Source: Camelus dromedarius | Lineage: Eukaryota | Reading direction: 5' to 3' | DNA length: 64,000 nt | Assembly (NCBI RefSeq): GCF_036321535.1 | Contig: NC_087436.1 | Coordinates: 118,360,001 to 118,424,000, forward strand | Shown here: in pieces, positions 62,539 to 64,000 of the stretch | How the letters are laid out: every line of letters begins with the position of its first letter | Numbering within the stretch: position 1 is the first letter of the stretch | Program-made: the position numbers and the translations under genes | The notes under the pieces: model-generated | The model's database searches: none | The model's input: only the letters and a program-made list of their open reading frames with translations | Told to the model about the DNA's origin: nothing

Positions 62539-63058
62539 TGTGATGGGGGAGAACAAACCTGACTCCACGTTAGCTCTGCTCCTCTGGCTCTAACCCTGTG
62601 CTCTGTTGCCTGTGCTCAGTCACGCTGGTTCCGCACCTTTTGTAAAAGAATGTTCCTGCAGCCTGAAATGCACAGGAGAGCCCGTTCTCAAGGCTCTGAC
62701 CTTTAAGAGTATAACACTTTTGCATTCACATAGAGACAAAAAGTCGCAGAATAGAAAATAACATGTGTTCTGTTGGAGGTTTACAGGGACACCGTGACCT
62801 GACCTACACGCACAGCTGCAAGAATAAAGGATCCTGACACCAAGAAGTTTACAACAACCGACCACAACCCGTCCCTTTTTTAGTATAAAAGGAGCCTGAA
62901 TTCTGACTCTGGGGAAGATGGTTCTCCAGGACATTAGTCCCCCATCTTCTTGGTCTGCTGGCTTTCTGAGTAAAGTCGTTATTCCTTGCCCCCGTGCATT
63001 GTCTCCTGATTTACTGGCCTGACATGTGGCAAGCAGAATGAGTCTGGACTCGGTAACA
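62539..63058 (+). mobile_element. ERV1-type solo LTR, ~520 bp, inserted into a MIR
   Basis: TG...GTAACA termini; near TSD TGGG/TGGA; TATAAAA 62884-90; AGTAAA 62969-74; MIR resumes at CCCCATTTTACAG...AACTGAGGCTCAGAG. Confidence 0.8.
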
Positions 63059-63361
63059 TGGACACTCCATCACCCCCATTTTACAGGGGAGGCAACTGAG
63101 GCTCAGAGGTTAGGCAATCTGCTGAACTTCACAGAGCTGATGGGCGGTGGGCCTAGGATGCAAGCCCAGGGGAGTCCAAGGCCTGTGCTTCAAGCCGCCG
63201 CCTGCCCTGCGTACTGGGACGCACCCCCACGTCAAGAGGGAGAAGGTTCGTGCAGGGGAACACAGCACAGAAGGGACAGGACTCGGATCTGGGAGAGGAG
63301 GCGGTCGCTGACACAGGTCAGGAGGACGACTCCGCCGGCAGAGCCGTATCTGAGGCATTAC

Positions 63362-63601
63362 CTGTGCTTTGGAGTAATCTTGCAGCAGCAGTTTAGCGGC
63401 CTCCGGCTTCAGTTCCCCTTTGAAAATAGCGCTTTTTATCTGGGTGAAAAAGATGCTGTGCAGCCCGTTTCTCTGGAAAGTGGCCAGCTGCCGGTGCGCC
63501 TTGGCCAGGTCCTCCTCCTGCTGCAGAGCCAGCGACGTCCTCAGGTGCTCCTGCTCCAGCCCGTGCAGGCTCCGCAGGAGGCCGCTGCACTCGGCGGCGG
63601 A
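63362..63601 (-). CDS. EVC2: EVC2 coding exon (human exon 11 equivalent), 240 nt, phase 0-0
   Basis: CTCCCGCAG|TCC...GCACAG|GTAATG; encodes SAAECSGLLRSLHGLEQEHLRTSLALQQEEDLAKAHRQLATFQRNGLHSIFFTQIKSAIFKGELKPEAAKLLLQDYSKAQ. Confidence 0.95.
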
Positions 63602-63644
63602 CTGCGGGAGCAGAGGTGGCACGTGGGAGGTGACACGCTGCCCA

Positions 63645-63905
63645 GGCACACACAGGCACGTGCATGCAGCATGCAAGCACATGTACACATACCTGCACCA
63701 CCACACACACATGCACACATGCACACACATGCAGTGCATAGAAATGCACAAAGCAACAAACAGTGCACACACGTGCACACAGATACAGGCACACATGCAC
63801 ATCCAGCAACATACACACAGTGCACACGCACACACAAGCACGTCTGTGCACACTCACATGGAACACATACCTGTGTAGTACACATGTGCGCACAAACACA
63901 CACAA
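63645..63905. repeat. Degenerate (CA/CATG)n low-complexity array
   Basis: CACACACATGCACACATGCACAC... over ~260 bp; UG-rich on the EVC2 sense strand. Confidence 0.85.
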
Positions 63906-64000
63906 TGTCCCAAGGAGGCCATGATGAAGCAGCTAAATTCTGGGAGCTGCTGTTGTAACCCATCCTCCCTATTAACATTTTTCAGAACAATCTCAAAGAA

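Larger units (their letters stand above)
9330..63601 (-). other. EVC2: EVC2 (limbin) gene, 3' portion: 12 coding exons plus 3'UTR; gene continues beyond window end
   Basis: Exon lengths 240,176,160,455,205,123,228,215,88,197,102,268 sum to 2457 nt = 818 aa + stop, in one open frame with matching phases. The translation matches the recalled C-terminal part of human EVC2. The 3' end is estimated from the poly(A) signal. Confidence 0.97.

Noticed and set aside
1..64000. CRISPR arrays, operons, tRNA/rRNA genes or a novel prokaryote-style system
   Set aside because: The sequence is a mammalian intron-exon locus; I saw no repeat-spacer arrays or structured RNA genes.

Overview
Mammalian genomic DNA, not microbial. 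The window holds the 3' part of EVC2 (limbin, Ellis-van Creveld syndrome 2, a ciliary Hedgehog-pathway transmembrane protein) on the minus strand. I placed 12 coding exons between 63601 and 9782, all with canonical AG/GT boundaries and consistent phases. They splice into 2457 nt, an uninterrupted 818 aa plus stop, ending in the W-peptide tail ...PPRKKKNFLNAKKATWASGMN*. By recalled human numbering these are exons 11-22; the 5' exons lie beyond the window end. A ~450-nt 3'UTR follows, with a (TG)22 microsatellite and AATAAA at 9353-9348. Downstream (1-9300) is intergenic DNA carrying a 5'-truncated EEF1A1 retrocopy. The introns contain L1, L2, MIR, MaLR/ERVL LTRs, ERV1-type solo LTRs (two with exact 4-bp TSDs) and hAT MITEs. 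I saw no Alu, B1, Bov-tA, PRE-1 or Can-SINE; the younger L1 3' ends suggest a cetartiodactyl, possibly a camelid (tentative). Repeat family names come from recalled consensus sequences and their boundaries are approximate unless a TSD is given. I found no convincing new biological system. The findings are modest: an atypical tail-less L1 insertion, LTR orientation bias, candidate regulatory sites and splicing features.
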